From Vulcanimicrobiales bacterium (GTDB lineage Bacteria; Vulcanimicrobiota; Vulcanimicrobiia; Vulcanimicrobiales; Vulcanimicrobiaceae), in the NCBI GenBank assembly GCA_038231455.1, contig JBBRLI010000014.1, positions 19,153-83,152 of the forward strand: a stretch of DNA of 64,000 bases. The letters are read 5' to 3'. The position numbers and the translations under genes are program-made. Position 1 is the stretch's first letter; every line of letters starts with the position of its first letter. Positions 9,152-19,567 of the stretch are shown one piece after another. Under the pieces are notes generated by a model. That model searched no databases, had not been told where the DNA came from, and was given only the letters and a program-made list of their open reading frames with translations.

Positions 9152-10668
9152 CTCGAGAGAATTTGACTCGGGGTGCTCACGTTTTGCTGCGTGCCGGCAC
9201 CCGGCGGGTGGTAGCCTTTTTCGACGATTGCAACGAGTTGGTAGAACGCCGACCACGCAAATCCGAGTTGCGGCTGCAGGCCGTAACCGAACGGCGAGAA
9301 TGTATCGACGTGCGTACCGCCGGAGACGATGTACTGCCAGTATTGCGAGGACTGACCCGAAGACCGAACGGCACTCAAATACGGACTCGCATTATTTTGC
9401 GGCGTAATGAACATATCGCTTCCGCCCGCGATCGAAACCAGCGGCTTGCCGATTCGCCCGGTGTGCGCGAACGATGCAATGTTCGCAAGCGCCGCGGACG
9501 AGGGAACGTACGATGCCCGATTGGCCGGGACGGCGAGTCCGGTTGCATCGCAGGTGCCCGGAAGTTGCACGGCATTCGTCGCATTCGGCGTACACGCCGC
9601 GGGGTTGGTCAAGGATGTTGCCTGCGGATCGATCAGCAGTGCATACGCGAATGCCGTAAGATCGGAATAGAACGACGATTGGCCCGAGTAATATTCGAAC
9701 CAGAGCGAAGGATGAGCGGCGTTTCCTGCTTGCAAGATGTCGGCCGGATAGCCCGCCGCAACGATTGCCGCCGCACTCACGGGATCGGTAAAGCCGCTCG
9801 CGACGTAGGCCGACATCGCAGCGATGAATTTCGGTAAATACGTGAGGATGTTGAGCGAGGGCGACCAGAACACGCCCGACCAATCGACGCCGCCGTCGAT
9901 GAGTGAGGGATACCGCTCGAGCAGCGAGCGCACTTGCGCGCCGCCGTTCGAGAGTCCGACGGCATACGTCCGCGACGGGAGTTTCCCAAAGTTGCGTCCG
10001 AGAAAATTTTGCGCGGCGGTCGTGAGCGTTGCGAATTCGACGTTCCACGTGTCGATCGTCGGAGCCGGAGTCTGCGTGAGCGCTCCGAATCGGAAGCCGA
10101 GCTTGTTCGTCTCGAGTTTCGCAAGGTCAAACGAAATCGGGAAGAACGTCGAGGGAGACGGCGTCGCGGCGATCGACTCGACGATTGCGTTGAACCCGAC
10201 GCCTTTATTACTCGAAGCAAACGCGTAGCCGTTGGCTAGCGCAAAGTCGCCCCAAATCGCGTCGTTGGCAAACTCGCTGCGAAACGATGGCGTCCCGGCG
10301 ACGATCAGCTTGCCGTTCCACGGGGTCGGCACTTTGATGACGTAGCGTTCGTTTGTCGCATACGAACCCGTGGCGATCATCCCCGGGATCGCCGACCCCG
10401 CGGGCGAGGGCGTGCCGGCAACGATCAGCGCTTTTGCATCACCCGACGGCGAGTAGCCCGGGAACACGGCGGGCGTCGGCGCTTGGCCGAAGCGCAGGTC
10501 GATGACCGTCGTCCCGGTTGGAATAAACGGCGCGGCGGGCACCGGCGGCAGCGTGGGGTTCGCGGGAAGCAGCGCGGTCGATCCGCCACCGCCGCATCCG
10601 GCCAAGAGCGGGACCGAGCCCGCCGTAATCGCGAGAAATTTCGAGCGTGAAAGCTGCACGAAAACCAC
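9148..10668 (-). CDS. Exported lipoprotein alpha/beta hydrolase (tannase / 3-hydroxybutyrate-oligomer hydrolase-like)
   Basis: SRSKFL signal + LLAGC lipobox; WNGKL; nucleophile GLSNGG; C-terminal GTHVD. Confidence 0.7.
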   Translation of the reverse strand: MVFVQLSRSKFLAITAGSVPLLAGCGGGGSTALLPANPTLPPVPAAPFIPTGTTVIDLRFGQAPTPAVFPGYSPSGDAKALIVAGTPSPAGSAIPGMIATGSYATNERYVIKVPTPWNGKLIVAGTPSFRSEFANDAIWGDFALANGYAFASSNKGVGFNAIVESIAATPSPSTFFPISFDLAKLETNKLGFRFGALTQTPAPTIDTWNVEFATLTTAAQNFLGRNFGKLPSRTYAVGLSNGGAQVRSLLERYPSLIDGGVDWSGVFWSPSLNILTYLPKFIAAMSAYVASGFTDPVSAAAIVAAGYPADILQAGNAAHPSLWFEYYSGQSSFYSDLTAFAYALLIDPQATSLTNPAACTPNATNAVQLPGTCDATGLAVPANRASYVPSSAALANIASFAHTGRIGKPLVSIAGGSDMFITPQNNASPYLSAVRSSGQSSQYWQYIVSGGTHVDTFSPFGYGLQPQLGFAWSAFYQLVAIVEKGYHPPGAGTQQNVSTPSQILSS

Positions 10669-10721
10669 CCCTTAAGAGAAAATCTTTCAGGTAGTTGTCG
10701 CGGTCATGGAACTTTATGCCT

Positions 10722-11471
10722 TCAGCGGGCGTCTCGGGTAAATTCCACGATTGCATCCACCACGGTCGCGGGTGCATCGCGCTGCGGGCTGTGACCGGCG
10801 CCCGAGACGATCAGCGTGGTCGTGTGTGCGACGGCCGCCCGGATCGCTTCGATCTGCGCGAGCGTTCCGTAGGCATCCGCATCGCCTTGGATCGCGAGAA
10901 CGGGCGCGCGAATTCCGGCGAGCAACGGCTCGATGTTCCACGTACGAAAGCGCGGGTCGAGCCAAATGTCGTTCCACCCATAAAACGTCGCGTCAACGTT
11001 GCGATGATGACGCGCGAGTCGCTCGCGCAATCCGACGGTATCGTACGTTGCACGCGCCTGCGCGATCGCCTCAACCGTCACGGGCTCGACGAAGACGTGC
11101 GGAGCGATGGTGACGAGACCGGCGACTTCATGGGTGCTCGCGTAGATCAGCGCGATCGACGCGCCGTCGCTATGCCCAACGAGCACGGGACGCGCGATGG
11201 TAAACGACGCCAGTAATTCCGGCAGAACCACGCGCGCTTCGTGATGCATGTAGTCCGGTTCGCGCGGTTCGGTGAATGGATCGGAATTACCGTACCCATA
11301 GCGCGAGTATGCGAGCACGGAACGACCCGACTTCTGCGCGAGCTCCTGCGGCAAATCGCGCCACAACGCAAGCGAACCGAGGCCCTCGTGCAGCAGCACG
11401 ATCGTGGGCTCGTCGCCCGCGATGCGTTGCGTGTCGAGCAGGTGCCCGTCGATCCGGACCTCGCGATGCAG
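10722..11471 (-). CDS. Alpha/beta hydrolase (start uncertain, possibly CTG at 11471)
   Basis: LLHEGLGS, GHSDGASIA, QGDADAYGT, GHSP. Confidence 0.85.
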   Translation of the reverse strand: MHREVRIDGHLLDTQRIAGDEPTIVLLHEGLGSLALWRDLPQELAQKSGRSVLAYSRYGYGNSDPFTEPREPDYMHHEARVVLPELLASFTIARPVLVGHSDGASIALIYASTHEVAGLVTIAPHVFVEPVTVEAIAQARATYDTVGLRERLARHHRNVDATFYGWNDIWLDPRFRTWNIEPLLAGIRAPVLAIQGDADAYGTLAQIEAIRAAVAHTTTLIVSGAGHSPQRDAPATVVDAIVEFTRDAR

Positions 11472-11476
11472 CGCGG

Positions 11477-12448
11477 CTAGAGTCCCGTGAGCTTCTGTAC
11501 GGCAAGCGAACTCAGCGCCACGGCAACCCAAAGCACGAAGCCAAGTGCGAGCGGACGCGCACCGGAACGAACGAGCCGCGCGAGTTGCGTCTGCAACCCG
11601 ATCGCCGCGAGGGCCATGCTAATGAGAAACGTCGAGACAAACGCGATCCCGGCGTGCCACGTGGTCGGCACGACGCCGATTGTGTTCACCAGCGCCCCGA
11701 GTAAGAACCACAAAATGAACCACGGGACGATCTTCTTCCACGGAACCTGAATCCCGGCGGAGCGCTCGCTCCGTGCGCGTAGCAGTGCGAAGACGGCCAC
11801 GATCGGGAGAATCAGCGTTGCGCGTGCGAGCTTCACGATCGTTGCATGTTCGCCCGCCTGCGTGCCGTAGACGTAGCCCGCCGCGACAACGGAGGACGTG
11901 TCGTTGATCGCAGTCCCCGCCCACGTGCCGAACGCGGATTGTGAGAGCGCGAGTAGATGTCCGATCGGTGGGAAGACCAGCACCGCGACGATGTTATAGA
12001 AGAACACCGTGGCGATTGCAAGTGCGATCTCTTCTTCTGCGGGTTGGATGACGGTCGAGAGCGCGGCGATCGCCGAAGCGCCGCAAATCGCCGTTCCGAC
12101 GCCGACGAGTTGCTGCAGCACCGGGCGGATATCGAGCAGACGCCCGACGAGCGGGGCGAGAACGAGTGCAACGGCAATCGTCACCAGCGTGACCGGGAGT
12201 GTGGCGAGACCCGTTTGCGCTACGAGGGCAAGGGACAGGCCAAAACCCGACACGATGATTGCGCCCTGGAGCACTTTCTTTGCGGAAAACGTGATCCCGG
12301 CTTTGAAAACATCGGGTGGTGTGATGAATGTGCGTACGAGTACGCCGAAAACGATCGCGAGGACCGGTGCGCCGATGAGGGGCACGAAGCGCGCCGCGAG
12401 CGTTGCGAGTACCGCTAGTGCGAAGGTCGCCGCAAGACCATAGATCAT
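11477..12448 (-). CDS. YeiH/UPF0324 putative sulfate exporter family membrane protein
   Basis: Multiple TM segments; GTAICGASAI, WAGTAINDTSSVVAAG, IVKLAR. Confidence 0.9.
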   Translation of the reverse strand: MIYGLAATFALAVLATLAARFVPLIGAPVLAIVFGVLVRTFITPPDVFKAGITFSAKKVLQGAIIVSGFGLSLALVAQTGLATLPVTLVTIAVALVLAPLVGRLLDIRPVLQQLVGVGTAICGASAIAALSTVIQPAEEEIALAIATVFFYNIVAVLVFPPIGHLLALSQSAFGTWAGTAINDTSSVVAAGYVYGTQAGEHATIVKLARATLILPIVAVFALLRARSERSAGIQVPWKKIVPWFILWFLLGALVNTIGVVPTTWHAGIAFVSTFLISMALAAIGLQTQLARLVRSGARPLALGFVLWVAVALSSLAVQKLTGL

Positions 12449-13407
12449 GTTTCCCCATCGAAGTAGTCGAGCTGCGGATGACTGCGCACGAGCACCCCAT
12501 TCGCTTCGACAACGTGTTTGCTCGAATCGGGATAGAAGCAGCTATCGCCCGCTTTATCGTTCGTCGCGATGATCAGCACAAGCGCGGGCGCATTGCCGCG
12601 ATGGTTGTCGATGCGGTGCGCGCCAAGCGGCCCGGTGGGAAACGCGATGCAATCACCTGCGCGTAGGGACTGCGTTCCCTGCGGCGTGCGCAGCGTTGGC
12701 TCGCCGCGCCAGACGATCAGAAACTCTTCTTCGGTCGTATGCCAGTGATACGGGCAAATCGACTCGCCCGGACCGAGTAAAAAGGCCGCAATGCCGAGCT
12801 TACTCGAACCGATTCGCTCGCCGATTTCAGCGAATGACGCGGTGAACGGAGCGGGTCCGGCGCCCTCGGGTTCGTCGCGTTCGATTCGTAGCGCATCGAT
12901 ATTGACGATGCGCGGCGCACAGATCGCATCGAGTAGCGCATGCAGCGACTCACGCGCCGAGCCGAAGAGTGGCGTGCCGCGCGCCGCAAGCAGATGCACC
13001 GCTGCGAGGGCCGCAAGATCGCGCAGCCGTTCCGCCCGCGCTGCACCGGAGAGCGTCAGAGCGCCCGCCGGACTGCCATCGATCGACACACCCGTGATGA
13101 GCGTCTTACGAGCCGCGTCGTAAAACGCGCGTTCGTTCGCAGCGATCGGAATCGTAATCCACGCGGCATCGTGCGGTTCGCCGGCGAGCGGCACGTTGAG
13201 TAAGGCTGCGAAAGCGGACGTTTGCGCTTCGTGCGCGCCGTCGGTACAAACGGCGGTGTGCACGCCCGCAGCGCGGCACGCCGCAAGCAGTGCCTCCGAT
13301 GGAAACGGATTGACGACGAAACTGCCCGCGACGATGTATGCGTTGTGCGGCAGACCGTGGTCCGCTGGAGCGGACCACCAGTCGATCCCTTCGATCACCG
13401 TTTTCAT
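12445..13407 (-). CDS. Cupin-domain protein with N-terminal extension
   Basis: PYHWHTTEEE..G.P and GDCIAFP.G..GAH cupin motifs, YPDS; N-terminal half unassigned. Confidence 0.7.
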   Translation of the reverse strand: MKTVIEGIDWWSAPADHGLPHNAYIVAGSFVVNPFPSEALLAACRAAGVHTAVCTDGAHEAQTSAFAALLNVPLAGEPHDAAWITIPIAANERAFYDAARKTLITGVSIDGSPAGALTLSGAARAERLRDLAALAAVHLLAARGTPLFGSARESLHALLDAICAPRIVNIDALRIERDEPEGAGPAPFTASFAEIGERIGSSKLGIAAFLLGPGESICPYHWHTTEEEFLIVWRGEPTLRTPQGTQSLRAGDCIAFPTGPLGAHRIDNHRGNAPALVLIIATNDKAGDSCFYPDSSKHVVEANGVLVRSHPQLDYFDGET

Positions 13408-14634
13408 CTACGCGGGGACGGCTTCCATTCGCTTCTTGAGTTCCAGATCGATCGCGTCCAAGAACGCCTGCGTGTTCAGGTACGGATGATCGGCGCTGAT
13501 AAGGATTGCAAGGTCCTTCGTCATCTTGCCGCTCTCAACGACGTCGATGCACGTGCGCTCGAGTGTTTCCGCAAAACGCACGACGTCGGGCGTTTCATCG
13601 AACCGGCCCCGATAGATGAGCCCGCGCGTCCACGCGAAAATCGATGCGATCGGATTGGTCGAGGTTTCTTTGCCTTGCTGATGCATGCGGTAGTGACGCG
13701 TCACCGTGCCGTGAGCGGCTTCCGCCTCGATCGTCTTGCCATCGGGCGACATAAGAACCGATGTCATCAGACCGAGCGATCCGAAGCCCTGCGCGACCGT
13801 ATCGGACTGCACGTCGCCATCGTAGTTCTTACAGGCCCAGACGTATTTTCCCGACCATTTCATCGCCGCGGCCACCATGTCGTCGATCAGACGGTGTTCG
13901 TAGCCGATACCCGCAGCCAGAAAACGCGACTTGAACTCCTCATCGAAGACTTGCTGGAAAATATCTTTAAAGCGGCCGTCGTACACTTTGAGGATGGTGT
14001 TCTTCGTCGAGAGATAGACCGGCCAGCCGCGCATCAAGCCGTAATTCAAACACGCGCGCGCAAATCCGCGAATCGATTCGTCGACGTTGTACATCGACAT
14101 CGCAACGCCCGACGATTCAAACGTAAAGACGTCGCGCTCGATCGGCGCACTGCCGTCGGTTGGGGTGAAGGTCATCGTGAGTTTGCCGGGGCCGGGCACG
14201 AGGATATCGGTCGCGCGATACTGATCGCCGAAGGCGTGACGGCCGATCACGATCGGATCGGTCCACCCGGGAACCAGGCGCGGGACGTTCTTGCAAATGA
14301 TCGGTTCGCGAAAGACCGTCCCATCGAGTTCGTTGCGAATCGTCCCGTTCGGCGATCGCCACATCTTTTTGAGCTTGAACTCCTCGACCCGCGCCTCATC
14401 GGGCGTGATGGTCGCGCATTTGACGCCGACGCCGAATTCGCGAATCGCGTGCGCTGCATCGAGCGTCACCCGATCGTCCGTCGCGTCGCGATGCTCCATG
14501 CCCAAATCGTAATAGCGCAGGTCCACATCCAGATACGGCAGGATCAGTTTCTCGCGGATCAATTGCCAAATGATCCGCGTCATCTCATCGCCGTCAATTT
14601 CGACAAGCGGTGTCTGGACCTTAATTTTTTGCAA
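13408..14634 (-). CDS. icd: NADP-dependent isocitrate dehydrogenase
   Basis: [60 protein letters not shown] start at 14634. Confidence 0.97.
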   Translation of the reverse strand: MQKIKVQTPLVEIDGDEMTRIIWQLIREKLILPYLDVDLRYYDLGMEHRDATDDRVTLDAAHAIREFGVGVKCATITPDEARVEEFKLKKMWRSPNGTIRNELDGTVFREPIICKNVPRLVPGWTDPIVIGRHAFGDQYRATDILVPGPGKLTMTFTPTDGSAPIERDVFTFESSGVAMSMYNVDESIRGFARACLNYGLMRGWPVYLSTKNTILKVYDGRFKDIFQQVFDEEFKSRFLAAGIGYEHRLIDDMVAAAMKWSGKYVWACKNYDGDVQSDTVAQGFGSLGLMTSVLMSPDGKTIEAEAAHGTVTRHYRMHQQGKETSTNPIASIFAWTRGLIYRGRFDETPDVVRFAETLERTCIDVVESGKMTKDLAILISADHPYLNTQAFLDAIDLELKKRMEAVPA

Positions 14635-14773
14635 GGTATCGCCCCGATTACTAACAAGAAGGAACGCATCCAGACTCACCCGCCAAGGGACGCACGTGCA
14701 CTGCATACGCTCTCCGGAGGCGAAATCTTCGCAGGAACGGCTCGCCGAGCGCGAAGCGGGGTAGAAGATCACC

Positions 14774-15493
14774 ATGCGGCTCGCCACTCTTCTCCTGGCA
14801 CCCCTGCTGCTCGCAGCGGCCCCGAGCGCCGATGAGGCGGGGTCGAGTCGCGCGCGCGCGGTTGCCCTGCGCTACGCGGAGCAATCGCACGGCGCCGTGC
14901 TCTTTCGCGTCTCAACGCAGACCGATATCCGCGGCGGCCCCGTCCGCCGCAATGAAGTCTCCGAGGCGATCTATCTTGCCCTCGATGGTGGAATGGTGCG
15001 CAAACGCTACCTGCACTTCCGCCAGAACGGGCGCGAGCTCGACGCGCGGGACCTAGGCGAAAAAAGCGAAGAGGTCGAGACGCCGCTGAGCCGCTTTGGC
15101 CTCCGTTTGCCATATCAGCGTGCGACGCTCGGCGACTACCGCTTCGATGCGCCGGTCGATCGCGGCGAGACGATCGAGGTTCCCTTTCATGCCGTCGTCC
15201 GCGATCAATCGCACGGCGATGGTCGTATGCTGCTCGATCGCGCGACCGACCGTATCCAACGGATCGACGAAACGCCGGCGGTTATGCCGCCGCACGCAAC
15301 GAGCGGCACCGTAAGCGTTATCTTCGGTCCCACGGTCGGCGATCGCTGGGATATTATCGAAATCGACCACGATTTCGCCGGACAACTGGGCATCCTCCGC
15401 GGCAAGCTGCACTCGGCAACGCACTACGACCGCTATGTCCCCTATTCCGATACGACGCGGGGGCTTGCCGCGCTCGCGGCATTTGACGGCTAA
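14774..15493 (+). CDS. Hypothetical secreted protein
   Basis: N-terminal signal peptide; fills the gap between icd and the btuF-like gene. Confidence 0.65.
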   Translation: MRLATLLLAPLLLAAAPSADEAGSSRARAVALRYAEQSHGAVLFRVSTQTDIRGGPVRRNEVSEAIYLALDGGMVRKRYLHFRQNGRELDARDLGEKSEEVETPLSRFGLRLPYQRATLGDYRFDAPVDRGETIEVPFHAVVRDQSHGDGRMLLDRATDRIQRIDETPAVMPPHATSGTVSVIFGPTVGDRWDIIEIDHDFAGQLGILRGKLHSATHYDRYVPYSDTTRGLAALAAFDG

Positions 15494-15520
15494 GGTCGAA
15501 GCCGTCGCGAAGCTGGCGGT

Positions 15521-16495
15521 ATGAGCGGAATCGTCAGCCTCTTGCCAAGTGCCACGGAAATTCTTTTTGCGATCGGCGCGGGCGACCGCGTCGTCGGTGT
15601 CACGCACGAATGCGATTATCCCAAGGCAGCGCGTATGCGGCCCGCGCTCACGCGTTCCGCGTTGCCTGACGCCTTGCAAACGCATCTGGGTGCCGAGCGG
15701 AGCGGCATCCCGATCGCGCAGCGCTCGGCGCAGATCAATCGTCACGTCACGGCGAGCGTTCATGCGGGATCGAGTCTGTATTTTCTCGACGAGGAACGGC
15801 TAGCATCGCTCGCGCCCGATCTGATCGTTACGCAAGAGCTGTGTGCCGTGTGTGCGGTCTCGTATGAGATCGTTGCAACCGCGGCACGCCGGCTTACCGC
15901 CGACCCGCGCATCGTTTCACTCGAACCCGCCAGTCTCGAGGACGTGTTCGCGACAATCGTCACACTCGGCGATCTTGCCGGTACACGCATCGAGGCCGAC
16001 GCCCTGGTGCAACGCTTACGCGAGCGGATGATGCGTTTGCGCGACCGCGTGAACGCGCTCGCCGCGCGGCCGCGCACCTTGGTTCTTGAATGGACCGATC
16101 CGCCAATGAGCGGCGGACACTGGACGCCGGGCTTGATCGAGGCGGCAGGCGGCACGCCGGTCCTCGCGCATCCGGGTGAGAATTCGCAATCGATCGCATG
16201 GGATGCAATCACCGCAGCCGATCCCGATGTCGTCATCGTCGCGCCGTGCGGCTTCGATCTGGCACATGCGCGCACGGCCATCGCCGAACTCGATGCCGTC
16301 CCCCAGTGGCGCGCGTTACGCGCGCTGGCGAACGGTCGCGCCTACGCAATCGACGGCAACGCCTATGTGAATCGTCCGGGGCCGCGACTGGTCGACACGG
16401 CCGAACTCTTCGCCGCCGCAATCGCCGGCGACGACCTCGCTCCGCTCGACCGCACCGCGATCGAGCGCATTGCTCCGGCTAGTGCGATCCGTTGA
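15521..16495 (+). CDS. Cobalamin-binding (BtuF-like) periplasmic binding protein
   Basis: IVSLLPSATEIL, VVGVTHECDYP, TQELCAVCAV, LEWTDP, PCGF, NRPGPRL; near cob genes. Confidence 0.85.
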   Translation: MSGIVSLLPSATEILFAIGAGDRVVGVTHECDYPKAARMRPALTRSALPDALQTHLGAERSGIPIAQRSAQINRHVTASVHAGSSLYFLDEERLASLAPDLIVTQELCAVCAVSYEIVATAARRLTADPRIVSLEPASLEDVFATIVTLGDLAGTRIEADALVQRLRERMMRLRDRVNALAARPRTLVLEWTDPPMSGGHWTPGLIEAAGGTPVLAHPGENSQSIAWDAITAADPDVVIVAPCGFDLAHARTAIAELDAVPQWRALRALANGRAYAIDGNAYVNRPGPRLVDTAELFAAAIAGDDLAPLDRTAIERIAPASAIR

Positions 16496-17048
16496 GCGAC
16501 GGTAAGGACTGACCGCTTTCGGTGAAACGCGAGGCCGATTCCGAGATGATCTTGCGCGCCGCCGATGCATCCTCCCAGCCGTGCGTGCTCGTGTCTTTCC
16601 CTTCGAGCGTCTTATACGTGCTGAAGAAATGTTCGATCTTGCGTAAGGTGTGTCCGAAAATTTGCGTGTAGTTGTGGATGTCCGAGTAGTCGGGCTCGCC
16701 GACCGGCACCGCTAGGATCTTATCGTCTTCGTCGCCGCCGTCCATCATCTTGAGCACGCCGATCGCTCGGGCGACGACCAGGCAACCCGAGAACGTCGCC
16801 TCCGAGACGAGGATCAGCACGTCGAGCGGGTCGCCGTCCAGCGCGAGCGTCTGCGGAACGAAGCCGTAATCGCCGGGATAGAAGATCGATGAGTGCAGCG
16901 CACGGTCGAGGCGAAAGATATCGAGTTGTTTGTCGTACTCGTATTTGTTGCGCGAGCCTTGCGGGATTTCGACGACGACGTTGATCTCTTCGGGCGCGTT
17001 GTTGCCGATGGGGAGAATGAGACGGTTTTTACGGACATCCAAAGTCAT
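16479..17048 (-). CDS. ppa: Family I inorganic pyrophosphatase
   Basis: EIPQGSRNKYE, YPGDYG, DGDPLD, DDKI, HFFSTYK. Confidence 0.95.
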   Translation of the reverse strand: MTLDVRKNRLILPIGNNAPEEINVVVEIPQGSRNKYEYDKQLDIFRLDRALHSSIFYPGDYGFVPQTLALDGDPLDVLILVSEATFSGCLVVARAIGVLKMMDGGDEDDKILAVPVGEPDYSDIHNYTQIFGHTLRKIEHFFSTYKTLEGKDTSTHGWEDASAARKIISESASRFTESGQSLPSLNGSH

Positions 17049-17095
17049 AGCCGTCAGCAATTCTCGCAGCGGCTTCGTGCGGCCTTGCTCGCTCG

Positions 17096-17830
17096 CTACC
17101 ACACGGCCAGGGCAAGTGCGATGCCGGCTTCGCAGCAGACGATGATGAAGCCGTAGACATCGCCGACGAGTCCGCCGCCGAGTCGCCGTTTGAGTCGCTC
17201 GCCGAGCAGCACGGCGATGAGCGTCGCAGCAAGAAAAATGACCGGCGCGTGCCAGCCGATGATCGCGCCGAGGCCGGCACAGAGAACGATCGCAAGTGCG
17301 ACGACCGGGCGCGATGGCGTGGTTTCGAAGACCCGGGTCAGGGCGCCCGCGCGCGCATACGGGATCCGGTACGCGTTAAGAATGGTTCCGAATCGTGCAC
17401 TCGCGGCCGCAAATGCAAGGTCGACCGGGAGCATCGCCGTCGGCAGCGACCACAGTGCCGCAAGCCAGAGTGCTGCGAGCACCAAGACGTTCGCAATCGC
17501 GAACGTGCCGTGGCGCGGATCCTTGAAGATTTCGAGCCGGCGCTCGATTGAGACCGAGGCGAAAAGCGCATCTGATGAATCGAGAAACCCATCGAGGTGG
17601 ATCGCGCCCGTCAGGAGCACGAGTAATCCGAAGGCAGCGCCGACGACTACCGCGTGCGGTGCGAAAAACGAGAGTCCGTACGCGGCTCCGCCCGCCAGCG
17701 CTCCGATCAGTGCGCCGACGAACGGCAAATAGGCAAGCGCATTTGCATCGGGCGCGGGACCGGCGGCGAATCGCCCGACGGGCAAGATCGAGAAGTACGA
17801 GATTGCCGTGATGAACGCGCGCAACGGCAC
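17096..17830 (-). CDS. cobS: Adenosylcobinamide-GDP ribazoletransferase
   Basis: TGAIHLDGFLDSSD, KDPRHGTFA, GGGLVGDVYG; hydrophobic. Confidence 0.92.
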   Translation of the reverse strand: MPLRAFITAISYFSILPVGRFAAGPAPDANALAYLPFVGALIGALAGGAAYGLSFFAPHAVVVGAAFGLLVLLTGAIHLDGFLDSSDALFASVSIERRLEIFKDPRHGTFAIANVLVLAALWLAALWSLPTAMLPVDLAFAAASARFGTILNAYRIPYARAGALTRVFETTPSRPVVALAIVLCAGLGAIIGWHAPVIFLAATLIAVLLGERLKRRLGGGLVGDVYGFIIVCCEAGIALALAVW

Positions 17831-18903
17831 TAGACCGTTTGCGGCGCCGCCGGCTCCTTGGTTGCGACACCCGCTTCAGCGAAGGTCTTCATCTCCGCGA
17901 CCATCCTTGCCGCGGCTTCGACGATCGGAAACGCCAGCGCCGCGCCGCTTGCTTCTCCTAAACGCAAATCCAAATCAAAGAGTGGATCGAGGCCGAGCGC
18001 CGTAAGCGCCAGCGCGTGTCCGGGTTCTTGCGAGCGGTGCGCGGCGATGCAGTAGTCGATCGCGGCGGGCGCGATGCGCGCCGCGATGAGTGCCGCGGCG
18101 CTCACGATGAAGCCGTCGAGAAGCACGGGAATGCGCGCACGCGCAGCGCACAGCAGAACGCCGGCAAGTCCCACGATCTCATAGCCGCCGACTTCGCTTG
18201 CGATTTCGTCCCACGTGAAATCGTGGCAACGCGCAAGTCCCCGTTCGATCGCAGCGATTTTGATCGCGAGTCGCGCGTCATCGATGCCGGTTCCCCGTCC
18301 GACGACCTCGCGAACGGGCTTTCCCGTAAACGCCGCGACGATCGCCGCGGCGCTCGTCGTATTGCCGATCCCCATTTCGCCAAGAGCGATGATATCAAAA
18401 GGTTTGCGTTCCATCACCTCATCGAACGCCGCGATCCCGGCGGCGATCGTGTAACCGAGATCGTCGCGTTTGATCGCGGGCGTACGCGCAAGATTAAACG
18501 TACCGTAACCGACGTTCACATCGAGGAGCGCCGGATGTGGTGCGAGCGCTTCGCGCACCCCGAAGTTCGCGACGTAGACGTCGGCGTCGACCGCGCGGGC
18601 GAAGGTATTGATCGCCGCAAAGCCCGCGAGAAATCCACCGACCATTTGCGCGGTCACCTCAGGCGGATACGCGCTAACACCTTCGGATGCAACGCCGTGG
18701 TCGCCGGCGCCGATCAGGATCGCGCGGCGCTCGAAAAAATGCGTCGGCGTTCCCCCGACCATCGCGCACAATCGCACGGCAAGCGCTTCGATCTTGCCCA
18801 GGCTCCCGACGGGTTTGGTCAGCGCGTCGATGCGCAAGCGCGCCGCAGCCGCAACGCCGGGTTCGATCGGGGTTATCTGATCGCGAAAATCGAGCGGATC
18901 CAT
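17830..18903 (-). CDS. cobT: Nicotinate-nucleotide--dimethylbenzimidazole phosphoribosyltransferase
   Basis: LTKPVGSLGKIE, GDHGV, GEMGIGNTT, LDGFI, LRLGEASGA. Confidence 0.95.
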   Translation of the reverse strand: MDPLDFRDQITPIEPGVAAAARLRIDALTKPVGSLGKIEALAVRLCAMVGGTPTHFFERRAILIGAGDHGVASEGVSAYPPEVTAQMVGGFLAGFAAINTFARAVDADVYVANFGVREALAPHPALLDVNVGYGTFNLARTPAIKRDDLGYTIAAGIAAFDEVMERKPFDIIALGEMGIGNTTSAAAIVAAFTGKPVREVVGRGTGIDDARLAIKIAAIERGLARCHDFTWDEIASEVGGYEIVGLAGVLLCAARARIPVLLDGFIVSAAALIAARIAPAAIDYCIAAHRSQEPGHALALTALGLDPLFDLDLRLGEASGAALAFPIVEAAARMVAEMKTFAEAGVATKEPAAPQTV

Positions 18904-18949
18904 ACGCCGAGTCTACGGCACCAAGAGCCGCCGCGCCCGTCTCGCGATG

Positions 18950-19555
18950 CTACTCGGCGGGGATCGCGCTTGCGTTGAGTGAGACCAGGCGCCACCTCAC
19001 GCCGTCGCCGACGAAGCGGGTCACGCTTGCGGGATCGAAACGGACGTTGAGAGCCGCATCGTCCGGCTCGTGCAAGAGCGCCCGCACGAGCGCGTGCATG
19101 ACGCCCGCATGGGCGACGATGAGGACGCGCTCGGGCGTATCGGCCGCGATGCGTGCGATAAACGATTCGACGCGCGAGACGACCTGGTCGAACGATTCGC
19201 CGCCTTCGGGAGTAAGGTAGCGCGGTTTGGTTTCGTGCGCGCGATCGAGTTCCGGATATTTGGAGACGATCTCATCCCATGTGAGACCTTCCCACGCGCC
19301 GAATGCCATCTCGATGAGTTCGGCGGCGGTTTGCAGCGGCGGACCGGTGCGACCGGCGAGTACCGCGTGCGCGGTTTCTTGCGCGCGCGAGAGCGGGCTT
19401 GCATAGGCGCGATCGAAATCATCGCCCGCGAGAAAAACGGCGAGGGCCTGCGCTTGCGCGCGGCCCTCGTCGTCCAGCGGAATATCGGATCGACCCTGAA
19501 AGCGCCGCACGCTATTCCAAGGGGTGCGGCCGTGTCGAACGCAGACGAGTTCCAT
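18950..19555 (-). CDS. cobC: Histidine phosphatase, probably alpha-ribazole phosphatase
   Basis: RHG, SPLSRAQETA, FGAWEG, GGES, VAHAG; directly upstream of cobT-cobS. Confidence 0.7.
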   Translation of the reverse strand: MELVCVRHGRTPWNSVRRFQGRSDIPLDDEGRAQAQALAVFLAGDDFDRAYASPLSRAQETAHAVLAGRTGPPLQTAAELIEMAFGAWEGLTWDEIVSKYPELDRAHETKPRYLTPEGGESFDQVVSRVESFIARIAADTPERVLIVAHAGVMHALVRALLHEPDDAALNVRFDPASVTRFVGDGVRWRLVSLNASAIPAE

Positions 19556-19567
19556 CGTCCGCCTTCA

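Noticed and set aside
14635-14773. Structured icd leader RNA
   Set aside because: Only a weak 6-bp stem (GCGTCC/GGATGC) in GC-rich sequence; not supportable without a covariance search
13222-14835. 537-aa + strand ORF, and similar long shadow ORFs (e.g. 19070-20233, 21990-22934, 57402-58415, 60902-61912)
   Set aside because: Antisense to well-supported genes (icd, ferritin-like, GGDEF-EAL, CNNM, floA); expected from high GC codon bias; no recognisable motifs
15494-15520. Cobalamin riboswitch upstream of the btuF-like or cob genes
   Set aside because: Intergenic gaps are too short and no B12-box sequence is visible
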